Assembly (NCBI GenBank): GCA_023248545.1
Contig: JAHFEF010000011.1
Coordinates: 162-64,161, forward strand
Length of the DNA stretch: 64,000 nt
DNA from: Myxococcales bacterium
GTDB taxonomy: Bacteria; Myxococcota; UBA727; JABDBI01
Direction of reading: 5' to 3'
This document shows positions 56,701-64,000 of the stretch, one piece after another. Position numbers and translations under genes: made by a program. Under the pieces are notes generated by a model. That model made no database searches. It saw only the letters and a program-made list of their open reading frames with translations, and was not told the DNA's origin. How positions within the stretch are numbered: position 1 is the first letter of the stretch; the number at the start of each line of letters is the position of its first letter.

Positions 56701-57765
56701 ATGCCTAATTCGCGTGTCACGCTTGCTGTTTTTTTGATCCTATTGCTCTTTACGCTCTATTTGGTTGTAGACTTATTTTGGATCTTTGTGACGCCGATTG
56801 TCCTAGGCCTGGTTTTGGTGTCGATTTTTTACCCGTTGTATGCTCGCGTTTTGGATGGTTGCGGGGGCCGGAAATACTTGGCGGCAAGCCTGGTACTGCT
56901 CGTGATTATTTTATGCGTGAGCTTGCCATTTAGTTTTTTCTTGAGTCAGCTGTCCAAACAAGCATTTGAATTTTACCAGAGCAAGAATGTGAGTAATTTG
57001 CTGGGCGGATCTATCTCAGCTTTTTCAAGTCAACATCCGTTAATTGCGCAGATTCATGATCTGGCCGCTCAGTTTGGATTAGATATTTCAGCCGAAAAAA
57101 TAGTTGAAAGCATCACGCAGCTCATGAGCTCTTTTGGATTGATGCTCTATGACCGGCTGAGCGAATTGGCTAGCAATGCCTTATTAATCGCCTTTAATTT
57201 TGTGATCACCATGCTGATCGTCTTTACGTTCTTTGTCAGCGGCAGCGAACTTAAAAAATATATTATGGAGATGTCGCCACTGCCTGAAGATGAAAAAGAA
57301 TATCTGGTTCGGCAATTTAGCGAAATCAGCAAAGCCGTGTTCGTCAGCAACGGCCTCGTGGGACTTCTGGAAGGCATTTTAGGAGGCCTTGGGTTTTATT
57401 TTTTCGGTCTGGGTCCCGCTTTCTTCTGGGGCGTTGTAATCGGCCTATCAGCCTTTTTACCCGTAGTTGGCTCTTGGATTATTATTTTACCAGCAACAGT
57501 GATCTTATTCAGCGACGGGCATCCGATCTTGGCCTGGGTCTATCTCTCATACAATGCGCTTTATTTGGGTATTTGCGAGCTGGTAATAAAGCCTAGACTG
57601 ATCGGTGGCAAAAGCCGGGTGCATGTTGTGCTCGTATTGCTGTCTGTATTAGGGGGCGTAAACTTGTTTGGCGTATTGGGGATTTTTTATGGTCCACTCG
57701 TCGTCACCATGTTCTTGACCCTGATAGAAATCTACAAACAGCACTATCGGCAATTAAGCGCCTAG
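56701..57765 (+). CDS. AI-2E (UPF0118/PerM) family transporter-like membrane protein
   Basis: 354 aa, about 8 TM helices, the overall pattern of AI-2E family members. No diagnostic motif verified. Confidence 0.5.
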   Translation: MPNSRVTLAVFLILLLFTLYLVVDLFWIFVTPIVLGLVLVSIFYPLYARVLDGCGGRKYLAASLVLLVIILCVSLPFSFFLSQLSKQAFEFYQSKNVSNLLGGSISAFSSQHPLIAQIHDLAAQFGLDISAEKIVESITQLMSSFGLMLYDRLSELASNALLIAFNFVITMLIVFTFFVSGSELKKYIMEMSPLPEDEKEYLVRQFSEISKAVFVSNGLVGLLEGILGGLGFYFFGLGPAFFWGVVIGLSAFLPVVGSWIIILPATVILFSDGHPILAWVYLSYNALYLGICELVIKPRLIGGKSRVHVVLVLLSVLGGVNLFGVLGIFYGPLVVTMFLTLIEIYKQHYRQLSA

Positions 57766-59156
57766 AACGCGATTTGCGTGCCGACGTCTTGTTCAGAGTG
57801 CTTGGCTTTTGCGCGCTCTTTTTCAAGGGCTCTGACCTCAAGCTCAAGGCTTCTGAAGCGATAGAGTGTCTCTCCGGAATCTTCGTTCAGCTCTAACTCA
57901 CCGCCGAGTTTAATCACTTCGCGCGTGAGTTCGTGTTGTGATGGTTTGACGCCGGCATTGTTTTCCCAGGCGCGCTCTAACACTGGCTCCTGGACTCCAT
58001 GACCAGTGAGTTTGTTGAGCACCGTGAGCAACAGACCTTTGCGGCCATTTTCGCGGTTCACTTTGGCTTGCTCTCTTGGGCGCGTCGCCATTCGAATCAA
58101 GGGTAGCGCAAACAACACGGCCGAAAACCAAAATGGAATCCAGCCTAACACCACGGGTGCACCAAAATCGGGTGGCATCATGTGTGGCGGTACGCCTCTC
58201 AAAATCCAAGATAACTTTTCAATCGTCCAGCCATTTTGAATCGCCACGGTGCTCATGATGAAGTTAAAGCCATTTAAGCCGGCGATCAGCATATTGGAAC
58301 CCACGGGGTTACCTGTCAGAGGCCCCAAGATTTTTTTCTTGAGCCAACCCGGTTCGCTGCGCATTGTAAAACTGGTCTGTGTGGTTTTTCGGAGCTCTGG
58401 GAAAGAATATGTAATTCCGCCGAACTCGGAGACTTTTACATCGCCATTGTATTCGAGCATGAGGGCGGCAATAAATGGGTCGGCCTGTTCACGCGTCATG
58501 CCTGTCACGCGCAGCACATCGAGTAACCCGATTCGGCCTTGCTGAGCACGAATCTCTTCTAAAACGCGCTTCTTATTTTCCAAGGGATCGACTGGCGCTT
58601 CTTCAGGTCCAAAGAAAAAGCGGTTCACTTTCTCATAAAAGGGTGTCTCCGAATTGCGCTGTCTGGGAGGTGCATAACGAGATGCATAATAGGGTGAGAA
58701 CGGATGAAACGTCCAAAAGAGCGAGTCTAAGATTACCCGAAATAAAACGTCAAACATCAAGAAGCCGCCCAATGAGTTGCCACCCCGATCATCTCGGTCT
58801 GAGCTTTTGGCAAATGATAACGCGATCAAGATCGCCGCGAAAATTGCCACATAGCCAACCATCACGATGGTGATCCAGGCTCTGACCACAAACTTGGCGA
58901 TGCCTAATGCGCCTTTTTTAAGTTTCTTGAAAAATAAATCTAAAGCTTCCTGAGTTTCCCACGGTTTTGAAAACCCGGTTGGGAACCTAAATAAGAGGTC
59001 ACCCTTTTCAGTGGGAATCAACTCACCCCTGTATTCTGCCACCAGAGCGTATAAGCCTCGCTCTGTTTGCTCAAAAGACAGCCCGCTGGCCGTGGACGCA
59101 TCGGCGATGGTAAAAGCGTTCTTGGGGGTTTTAATGGCCTTTTGTAAAACATCCAT
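57762..59156 (-). CDS. membrane protein, unknown function, with internal duplication of a soluble module
   Basis: Two similar modules (..GELIPTEKGDLLFRFP.. and ..GELELNEDSGETLYRFRS..) flank TM segments. Confidence 0.5.
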   Translation of the reverse strand: MDVLQKAIKTPKNAFTIADASTASGLSFEQTERGLYALVAEYRGELIPTEKGDLLFRFPTGFSKPWETQEALDLFFKKLKKGALGIAKFVVRAWITIVMVGYVAIFAAILIALSFAKSSDRDDRGGNSLGGFLMFDVLFRVILDSLFWTFHPFSPYYASRYAPPRQRNSETPFYEKVNRFFFGPEEAPVDPLENKKRVLEEIRAQQGRIGLLDVLRVTGMTREQADPFIAALMLEYNGDVKVSEFGGITYSFPELRKTTQTSFTMRSEPGWLKKKILGPLTGNPVGSNMLIAGLNGFNFIMSTVAIQNGWTIEKLSWILRGVPPHMMPPDFGAPVVLGWIPFWFSAVLFALPLIRMATRPREQAKVNRENGRKGLLLTVLNKLTGHGVQEPVLERAWENNAGVKPSQHELTREVIKLGGELELNEDSGETLYRFRSLELEVRALEKERAKAKHSEQDVGTQIAF

Positions 59157-59200
59157 ATTGACTTCCTACACTAGGCTTTTATGTTGAGAGCATCAAGTGG

Positions 59201-59273
59201 GGTCCTGTAACTCAGTTGGTAGAGTGCCACCCTTACAAGGTGGAGGTCGCAAGTTCGAGTCTTGCCGGGACCA
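59201..59273 (+). tRNA. tRNA-Val (anticodon UAC)
   Basis: Manual fold: acceptor GGTCCTG/CGGGACC (one G.U), D-arm ACTC/GAGT, anticodon arm CCACC-CTTACAA-GGTGG (TAC), variable loop AGGTC, T-arm GCAAG-TTCGAGT-CTTGC, discriminator A. CCA is not encoded. Confidence 0.9.
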
Positions 59274-59280
59274 TCAATAA

Positions 59281-59322
59281 AAAAAGCCTTTCGGGAAATA
59301 AACCGAAAGGCTTTTTCGTTTT
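59281..59322. terminator. bidirectional rho-independent terminator between tRNA-Val (+) and hupB (-)
   Basis: Stem aaaaagcctttcgg / ccgaaaggcttttt with an 8-nt loop. A-run upstream, T-run downstream. Confidence 0.7.
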
Positions 59323-59326
59323 CTAA

Positions 59327-59599
59327 CTATAGCTGGTCTTTGAAAGCACGAGCTGGTTTGAAACCAACGGTGCGGGAAGCTTTGATTTTGATTTCGCTGC
59401 CGGTACGTGGGTCACGGCCGGTGCGAGCTTTGCGGGAGCGGACAACAAAAGTACCAAAACCTGGGTAGGCGAATTTTTCATCTTTCTTAATGCTGTGTTG
59501 CATTGCATCAAACACGGCATCAATGATTTCAGCGCCTGTCTTCTTGGTAAGGCCACTTTGGTTCTTGCATACGAAATCGACGAGTTCTTGTTTTGTCAT
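59327..59599 (-). CDS. hupB: DNA-binding protein HU
   Basis: MTKQELVDFV...GFGTFVVRSRKARTGRDPRTG is a canonical HU/IHF fold. 90 aa. Confidence 0.9.
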   Translation of the reverse strand: MTKQELVDFVCKNQSGLTKKTGAEIIDAVFDAMQHSIKKDEKFAYPGFGTFVVRSRKARTGRDPRTGSEIKIKASRTVGFKPARAFKDQL

Positions 59600-59686
59600 T
59601 GTTCATCCTTTTCATTTGTAAAAGCCCAATTCGGCTTTTGCTAAGACATTTGTTGTCTGATATGCGATCAAAGGTCAACTAAAATC

Positions 59687-60505
59687 ATGAAATTTGGCAA
59701 AATTAAAGCACATTTCGGGGTAGAAGTCCTCGTCCAAGACCGCCTGGGGGCTGTGTCCCGGGTCAAGATCGGTCGAAAGTCAGGTCACGTTGTGGGCGAT
59801 GAAGTCCAAATTATGGACGGCCGATTAACCCGGTTGGAACGCCATAATGAGTTAATTCGCAAAACACAATTTGGCGATCAAGTTTTGGCATCTAACTTGG
59901 ATTACGTCGGTATTGTTGTCTCGATCATGCCTAAAACACCCGTGTATTTTGTCGATCAAGTGATCATCGCTTGTCGTGCGCAGCAGATTGAGCCGTTTAT
60001 AATTGTCACCAAGTTAGATCTTCCCGGCTCCGAAGAATTCGCACAAAGTCTTCGCCAAGATTATTCTGGAAGCGTTCAAATAGTTATTGGGCTTCAGCAA
60101 CTTCAAGCGTTTTTGAATCAGAAAGCACGATTTATTTTTGTCGGGGTTTCCGGGGCTGGAAAAAGCACGCTTATGAACCAACTGATCCCCGACGCAGGGC
60201 AAGCCACAGGCGATTTGAGTGAACACGGAAATACGGGCCGCCACACGACATCAGGTTCTGTTTTGTTCGATCTGCCATCGGGCGGTGAACTCATAGATAG
60301 TCCGGGCGTCCGAGATTTTGCTCCGGTCGATTTAAGTCCAGAACAAATCGCACACTATTTTCCAGGATTCGAAAAATTGGCTGAAACGCCCTGCAAATTC
60401 CGAGATTGCAAGCATTTACAAGAACCCGGGTGTTTGGTGCGCGAGCAAGCAGACCCTAGGCGTTATGCGCAGTACTTAAGTATTCGCGCATCTATTCAAG
60501 TCTAG
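59687..60505 (+). CDS. rsgA: ribosome small-subunit-dependent GTPase A (short form, no N-terminal OB extension)
   Basis: Circularly permuted GTPase motifs TKLDL...GVSGAGKSTL, and the Zn cluster CKFRDCKHLQEPGC. Confidence 0.85.
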   Translation: MKFGKIKAHFGVEVLVQDRLGAVSRVKIGRKSGHVVGDEVQIMDGRLTRLERHNELIRKTQFGDQVLASNLDYVGIVVSIMPKTPVYFVDQVIIACRAQQIEPFIIVTKLDLPGSEEFAQSLRQDYSGSVQIVIGLQQLQAFLNQKARFIFVGVSGAGKSTLMNQLIPDAGQATGDLSEHGNTGRHTTSGSVLFDLPSGGELIDSPGVRDFAPVDLSPEQIAHYFPGFEKLAETPCKFRDCKHLQEPGCLVREQADPRRYAQYLSIRASIQV

Positions 60506-61163
60506 CCCTTCTTTGTCCAACTTCGGCCAAAACCCCATTTAATCTAGCGGCAAGTTCTGTGTCGCGCGGGTCTGTGCTTATGCCTACGTTCACTGAAAAT
60601 ACAGTTCTGCCGCGACGATTAGGTCGTGCTTGTTCAATAATCTGCACCCCGTAACCAAGCCGGCTTAAGTTGAGATTAAATGCACGAACTATGCGCCGAC
60701 GTGCTCCTATCTCGCCACCTGGAAAAACGTTCTGCAGGAATCCGATAGAAGTTTCCAAATCGGGTCTAGAATTGTATCGTTCTAGAGGCTCTTCCCCTTC
60801 TGTGTCAGCGTCTGCGAAATAGTCCAGATCTTCAGCCACAGCCATCGGTCTTGGAAGTGGCAAGGCCAAGCGGTACTTTCCAAGACTCAGTCCAGGATGA
60901 CGAAGCAGCTGTAAAATAGAAAAACCAATTCGTCTCAAGATTCCATCTTCGGATAGCGCATCTCGTCCATCTCTCGCATTCTCGTGCTGTGGATTTAATT
61001 GGAACGCTTGGTTATAAAAACGGAGTGCTGATTCGCGATCGCCCAAACGTTCAGCTTCTAAGCCCTGAGCATATGCCTGATTGGCGGCAGTGCGCTGCTC
61101 TTCTGCCCCGGCAAGCAAGTTGAAGGAAAAAATCAAGAAACATATTTTGCAAATAGATCTCAT
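60492..61163 (-). CDS. secreted protein with an N-terminal TPR-like helix pair, unknown function
   Basis: Signal MRSICKICFLIFSFNLLAGA. Confidence 0.45.
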   Translation of the reverse strand: MRSICKICFLIFSFNLLAGAEEQRTAANQAYAQGLEAERLGDRESALRFYNQAFQLNPQHENARDGRDALSEDGILRRIGFSILQLLRHPGLSLGKYRLALPLPRPMAVAEDLDYFADADTEGEEPLERYNSRPDLETSIGFLQNVFPGGEIGARRRIVRAFNLNLSRLGYGVQIIEQARPNRRGRTVFSVNVGISTDPRDTELAARLNGVLAEVGQRRARLE

Positions 61164-61166
61164 GTT

Positions 61167-61679
61167 CTATTTCATCTCCTTGAGGCGCTTAGCCCTGATT
61201 TTGCTGACACGTTCTGCCTCTATAACTGCATATGTTACGAATGCAAATGTCATCAACGTGACACCACCGATTATCCATACATGCTCTTGAATAGCCCTTA
61301 TGACAGCACTGGGCAACCCTACCAATGTGACCATTGAGTGATCAATCATTTGAAGTCCAGGGCCAATCTCACACTGGCCAGGGCCTCGAGTCACTGGGGT
61401 TATGTCATCAATTTTTGGCTTCCAAGCTTTCATCTCCGATTCGATATTTTCCTGAGTTTGGCTCGTGCATTTTCTAAAACCCTGGCCAACACAAACTAAG
61501 ATAAAACCAGACTTTGCTAAATTTTTTGAAGGAACGATTTCACACTTTTCTTCCAGTTGTCCATTGCCGTCGAGTTTTCGATAAATTCGTGTTTGCCCAT
61601 CAGTACAGGGAGATCCCGCTATACAGTAAGTTGAAACAAATAATAGACTCAGAAAAAATTTTAATTCAGAATTTCGCAT
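61167..61679 (-). CDS. secreted Cys-containing protein with a C-terminal TM anchor, unknown function
   Basis: Signal peptide, 8 Cys, and a C-terminal hydrophobic helix IIGGVTLMTFAFVTYAVI. Confidence 0.45.
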   Translation of the reverse strand: MRNSELKFFLSLLFVSTYCIAGSPCTDGQTRIYRKLDGNGQLEEKCEIVPSKNLAKSGFILVCVGQGFRKCTSQTQENIESEMKAWKPKIDDITPVTRGPGQCEIGPGLQMIDHSMVTLVGLPSAVIRAIQEHVWIIGGVTLMTFAFVTYAVIEAERVSKIRAKRLKEMK

Positions 61680-62053
61680 TGAATATCGTCAAGATTAAAC
61701 TCACTCCCACGGACCAATTGCCTGAGGTTTGTTTCTAAGAACGGCTCCTGTCGATCGACATCCAAGCAGACCTTTGTGACTTCTTCTGAACACTGCACGA
61801 GAACTCGATCACTGTCTAATTTGGGATCAGCCGGATTTTGACATGTTTCCAATGGTTTAATCCGGGGCAGAGGATTTTTATTGGCAGCCTGCAAGATTTT
61901 GATATTTAAAAATAGCTCCGATGGTTTTGTTTCATCGATCAAATCTCGAGCCCTGATTGCCTCACGTAAGGCATTAACACCCCGAAGTTGAAGCGCGCAC
62001 AGGTCTAAGTGCAACGCAATGACTACAAAAAATAAAAACCTCTGGCTCATCAC
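61661..62053 (-). CDS. small secreted protein (paralogue of 62102..62392 over the N-terminal helix)
   Basis: Signal peptide, then ALQLRGVNALREAIRARDL (compare AALKLRGEEALRRAREAAAL in the neighbouring gene). Confidence 0.45.
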   Translation of the reverse strand: MMSQRFLFFVVIALHLDLCALQLRGVNALREAIRARDLIDETKPSELFLNIKILQAANKNPLPRIKPLETCQNPADPKLDSDRVLVQCSEEVTKVCLDVDRQEPFLETNLRQLVRGSEFNLDDIQCEILN

Positions 62054-62101
62054 AGTCCTCCAAAAAACCCTGTGGAGTATCTACGCCACAGGGTTTCACG
62101 C

Positions 62102-62392
62102 TTAGTTTTTTCTTGCTAGCTTCGTGATTTGATCGCTGTTGATACGAGAGGCCTCTTCTAATTCTCCAAGCCCTCGATCTAATACGTCTACATCATTTTG
62201 GGCGGCCGTAATATTGGCTATCATCGCATTGATGATTTTGTTGACCGTATTGATGCCATCCGCTCTGACAATTTCTAAGGCTGCGGCTTCGCGAGCTCGG
62301 CGCAGTGCCTCCTCTCCTCGTAGCTTAAGAGCTGCATTGGCACTTACCGAACCGACCAAGGTCAGAACAACTAGCATATTTTTTACTTTCAT
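62102..62392 (-). CDS. small secreted helical protein
   Basis: Signal MKVKNMLVVLTLVGSVSANA. ATGA-type overlap with the upstream gene. Confidence 0.45.
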   Translation of the reverse strand: MKVKNMLVVLTLVGSVSANAALKLRGEEALRRAREAAALEIVRADGINTVNKIINAMIANITAAQNDVDVLDRGLGELEEASRINSDQITKLARKN

Positions 62393-63027
62393 TTTTTCTC
62401 CTCATTTCTTTTTATTTGCATAATCGCCTCACTATTCAGAATAATAGCTTCAGCAAGATTATCCGAATTTTGCTTTTCAGATTCAAATTCTTCACGGGTT
62501 ATAAAATCCGAAGTTCCAAATGTCTTCTTAGGTTTTTTATGTTCAATTTCAACAACGACCCGATAGTCTTCGATCGCTTTCCAGTCGATCGGAGCGCTTT
62601 TTTCGTCACGCATAAAAAACACGGTATTTTCGGTTTGATTGCGTTTCAAAATCTCTTTTAATAAAGATCTAATCTCGGTAAAACCAAAACCTCGATGATG
62701 AACATCTTCATACAAGGCAGCTAAGTCGACTTGAACAACATGAATATTCTTAGCCATTGCCGAGACTCTTGCGAATACATCTTCGGCTAAAACGCCAGCT
62801 ACAATGAGTTGTTTCGGTTTGCCGTCTTCGAAATGCTGAATCATGTGATGAGCATCATCTGAGACAGGAGTGCTATTGGGCTCGGATGTCGACGGGGTCT
62901 CGCTTAAATTAATTGCATATCGATTTAAATCGAAAGAATTGATGTTGAAACTGTCTTCGTCACAGGACATAGCAAAAACAAATGTAAATATAAGCACAGA
63001 AAACTTCATAATAGTTTCTGCACTCAT
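62389..63027 (-). CDS. secreted/lipo-protein, unknown function (alternative start at 63009, MKFSVLIF...)
   Basis: Hydrophobic N-terminus ending in Cys (FVFAMSC). Confidence 0.45.
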   Translation of the reverse strand: MSAETIMKFSVLIFTFVFAMSCDEDSFNINSFDLNRYAINLSETPSTSEPNSTPVSDDAHHMIQHFEDGKPKQLIVAGVLAEDVFARVSAMAKNIHVVQVDLAALYEDVHHRGFGFTEIRSLLKEILKRNQTENTVFFMRDEKSAPIDWKAIEDYRVVVEIEHKKPKKTFGTSDFITREEFESEKQNSDNLAEAIILNSEAIMQIKRNEEKK

Positions 63028-63114
63028 ATCAAAATTCGAATTTGTGTCAACAAGTATTATTTTGCTGGCTATTTTAAGACCCTAAAAACCGAGCATTGTA
63101 CCGTCGTGATTCTA

Positions 63115-63279
63115 CTAGTTATGATGATGTTCGTGCTCGTGTTCGTGCTTACAATTTTCATCGTGCTGATGATCTTTTTCTTGCATCTCTCGTTCAAGTC
63201 GGTTGGCTTCAGCTTGGTTTTCAGCCATGTCACCACAGCCAGACAGGATCAAAATCCCCAATAAAATAAGTGCTTTCAT
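63115..63279 (-). CDS. 54-aa mini-lipoprotein with a His/Glu-rich tail (possible metal-binding peptide)
   Basis: Own translation: MKALILLGILILSGCGDMAENQAEANRLEREMQEKDHQHDENCKHEHEHEHHHN. Below the 60-aa cutoff of the ORF track. Lipobox ILSGC. Confidence 0.35.
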   Translation of the reverse strand: MKALILLGILILSGCGDMAENQAEANRLEREMQEKDHQHDENCKHEHEHEHHHN

Positions 63280-63291
63280 AGTTCAAGCTTC

Positions 63292-64000
63292 TTAGTCTTT
63301 TAAATCGCTCAGCACAAGGCCTATGCGGTTCAAGCCATCTGCCAGCTCACTTGCAGTAATGCACAGAGGCGGAGCCAGTACGAGCATCCCAAATCGCACC
63401 GTACAATATACGCCTGATTCCCAGAGGCGTTCATGGAGTCGGGAAGCTTTTTCTAATTCTTTGCCTTTGGCTCGATAGGTTACAAAGTTTTCTAGGTCTA
63501 TCGCCGCCATCAACCCGATTGAGCGCACTTCGGCGATGCGGCTATTTTTGGCTTGCATGCTCTCAAGTTGGGCTTTTAATTCGAAGCCGCGTTGAGTCGC
63601 ATTTTCTAGCAAATGCTCCGATTCATAGGCGGAAATCGCGGCATTGGCCACGGCACAGCAAAACGGATGTGCATAATGGGTCAGGCCACACCAAAGCATC
63701 TCGTTATCAAACCGAGCCGCAATTTGATCGCTGACGATCACACCAGCCAGGGGCGCATACCCTCCTGCAAGCCCTTTACCAACAGTCATGATATCGGGGA
63801 CGATGCCAAAGTGGTCAATGCCAAACCACTTGCCCGTACGCCCGAATCCGCTCATGACTTCATCAGCAATTAACAAAATTCCGTGTTTGTTGCATAAAGC
63901 CCGAATGCGGGGCCAATAGTCTGCCTCGGGTACAAATACGCCATTGGCGCCTGTGATTCCCTCCAAAAGCACGCAAGCAATTGTCTCGGGGCCTTCTATT
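63292..64000 (-). CDS. class-III PLP aminotransferase (C-terminal part; N-terminus beyond the window end)
   Basis: DEVMSGFGRTGKWF and the PLP Lys context DIMTVGKGLAGG. The frame stays open to the window edge. Confidence 0.85.
   Translation of the reverse strand, partial: IEGPETIACVLLEGITGANGVFVPEADYWPRIRALCNKHGILLIADEVMSGFGRTGKWFGIDHFGIVPDIMTVGKGLAGGYAPLAGVIVSDQIAARFDNEMLWCGLTHYAHPFCCAVANAAISAYESEHLLENATQRGFELKAQLESMQAKNSRIAEVRSIGLMAAIDLENFVTYRAKGKELEKASRLHERLWESGVYCTVRFGMLVLAPPLCITASELADGLNRIGLVLSDLKD

Noticed and set aside
59622-59641. hairpin aaaagcc-caattc-ggctttt in the hupB 5' UTR
   Set aside because: Short stem, no flanking U-run in either orientation relevant to a terminator. Possibly a 5'-UTR structure, but it cannot be supported.
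1-64000. CRISPR arrays, rRNA, transposases/integrases, prophage structural genes
   Set aside because: Scanned for short regularly spaced repeats, rRNA-like conserved blocks and DDE/tyrosine-recombinase motifs in all ORFs. None were seen.

Overview
64 kb chromosomal window, about 49-50% GC and densely coding, from a Gram-negative bacterium. Taxon is not assignable from sequence alone; the abundance of lipoproteins and small secreted proteins fits a delta-proteobacterium-like, predatory or host-associated lifestyle (inference). Housekeeping backbone: mutS (5' partial), pnp-rpsO, tsaC/sua5, an NADH dehydrogenase cluster nuoEFGHIJKLMN with no nuoABCD in the window, an rpiB-tkt-pfk operon whose PFK carries pyrophosphate-type substitutions and faces a ROK/polyphosphate-type glucokinase, gcvTH, clpA, folD, hisC, tlyA, hupB, rsgA, tRNA-Val(TAC) and a class-III aminotransferase running off the 3' end. 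Accessory content: (i) a 1.64-kb tandem duplication encoding two eukaryote-like F-box + cysteine-containing LRR proteins next to a DUF4143-type ATPase, each with internal near-identical 78-bp LRR repeats; (ii) a 1427-aa four-domain fusion of AstD-like aldehyde dehydrogenase, class-III aminotransferase, GNAT and a Lys-less aminotransferase-like domain; (iii) a ~474-bp element with ~150-bp inverted-repeat arms next to an HTH gene and a toxin/HTH-antitoxin-like pair, whose 24-bp terminal motif recurs 49 kb away beside a YefM-VapC module; (iv) three toxin-antitoxin-like modules in total; (v) a cysteine-rich 8-repeat lipoprotein co-operonic with a thioredoxin-like ferredoxin; (vi) a paralogous lipoprotein cluster with internal duplications; and (vii) a 3' cluster of small secreted proteins including a His-rich mini-lipoprotein. 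No rRNA, CRISPR array or transposase was seen.
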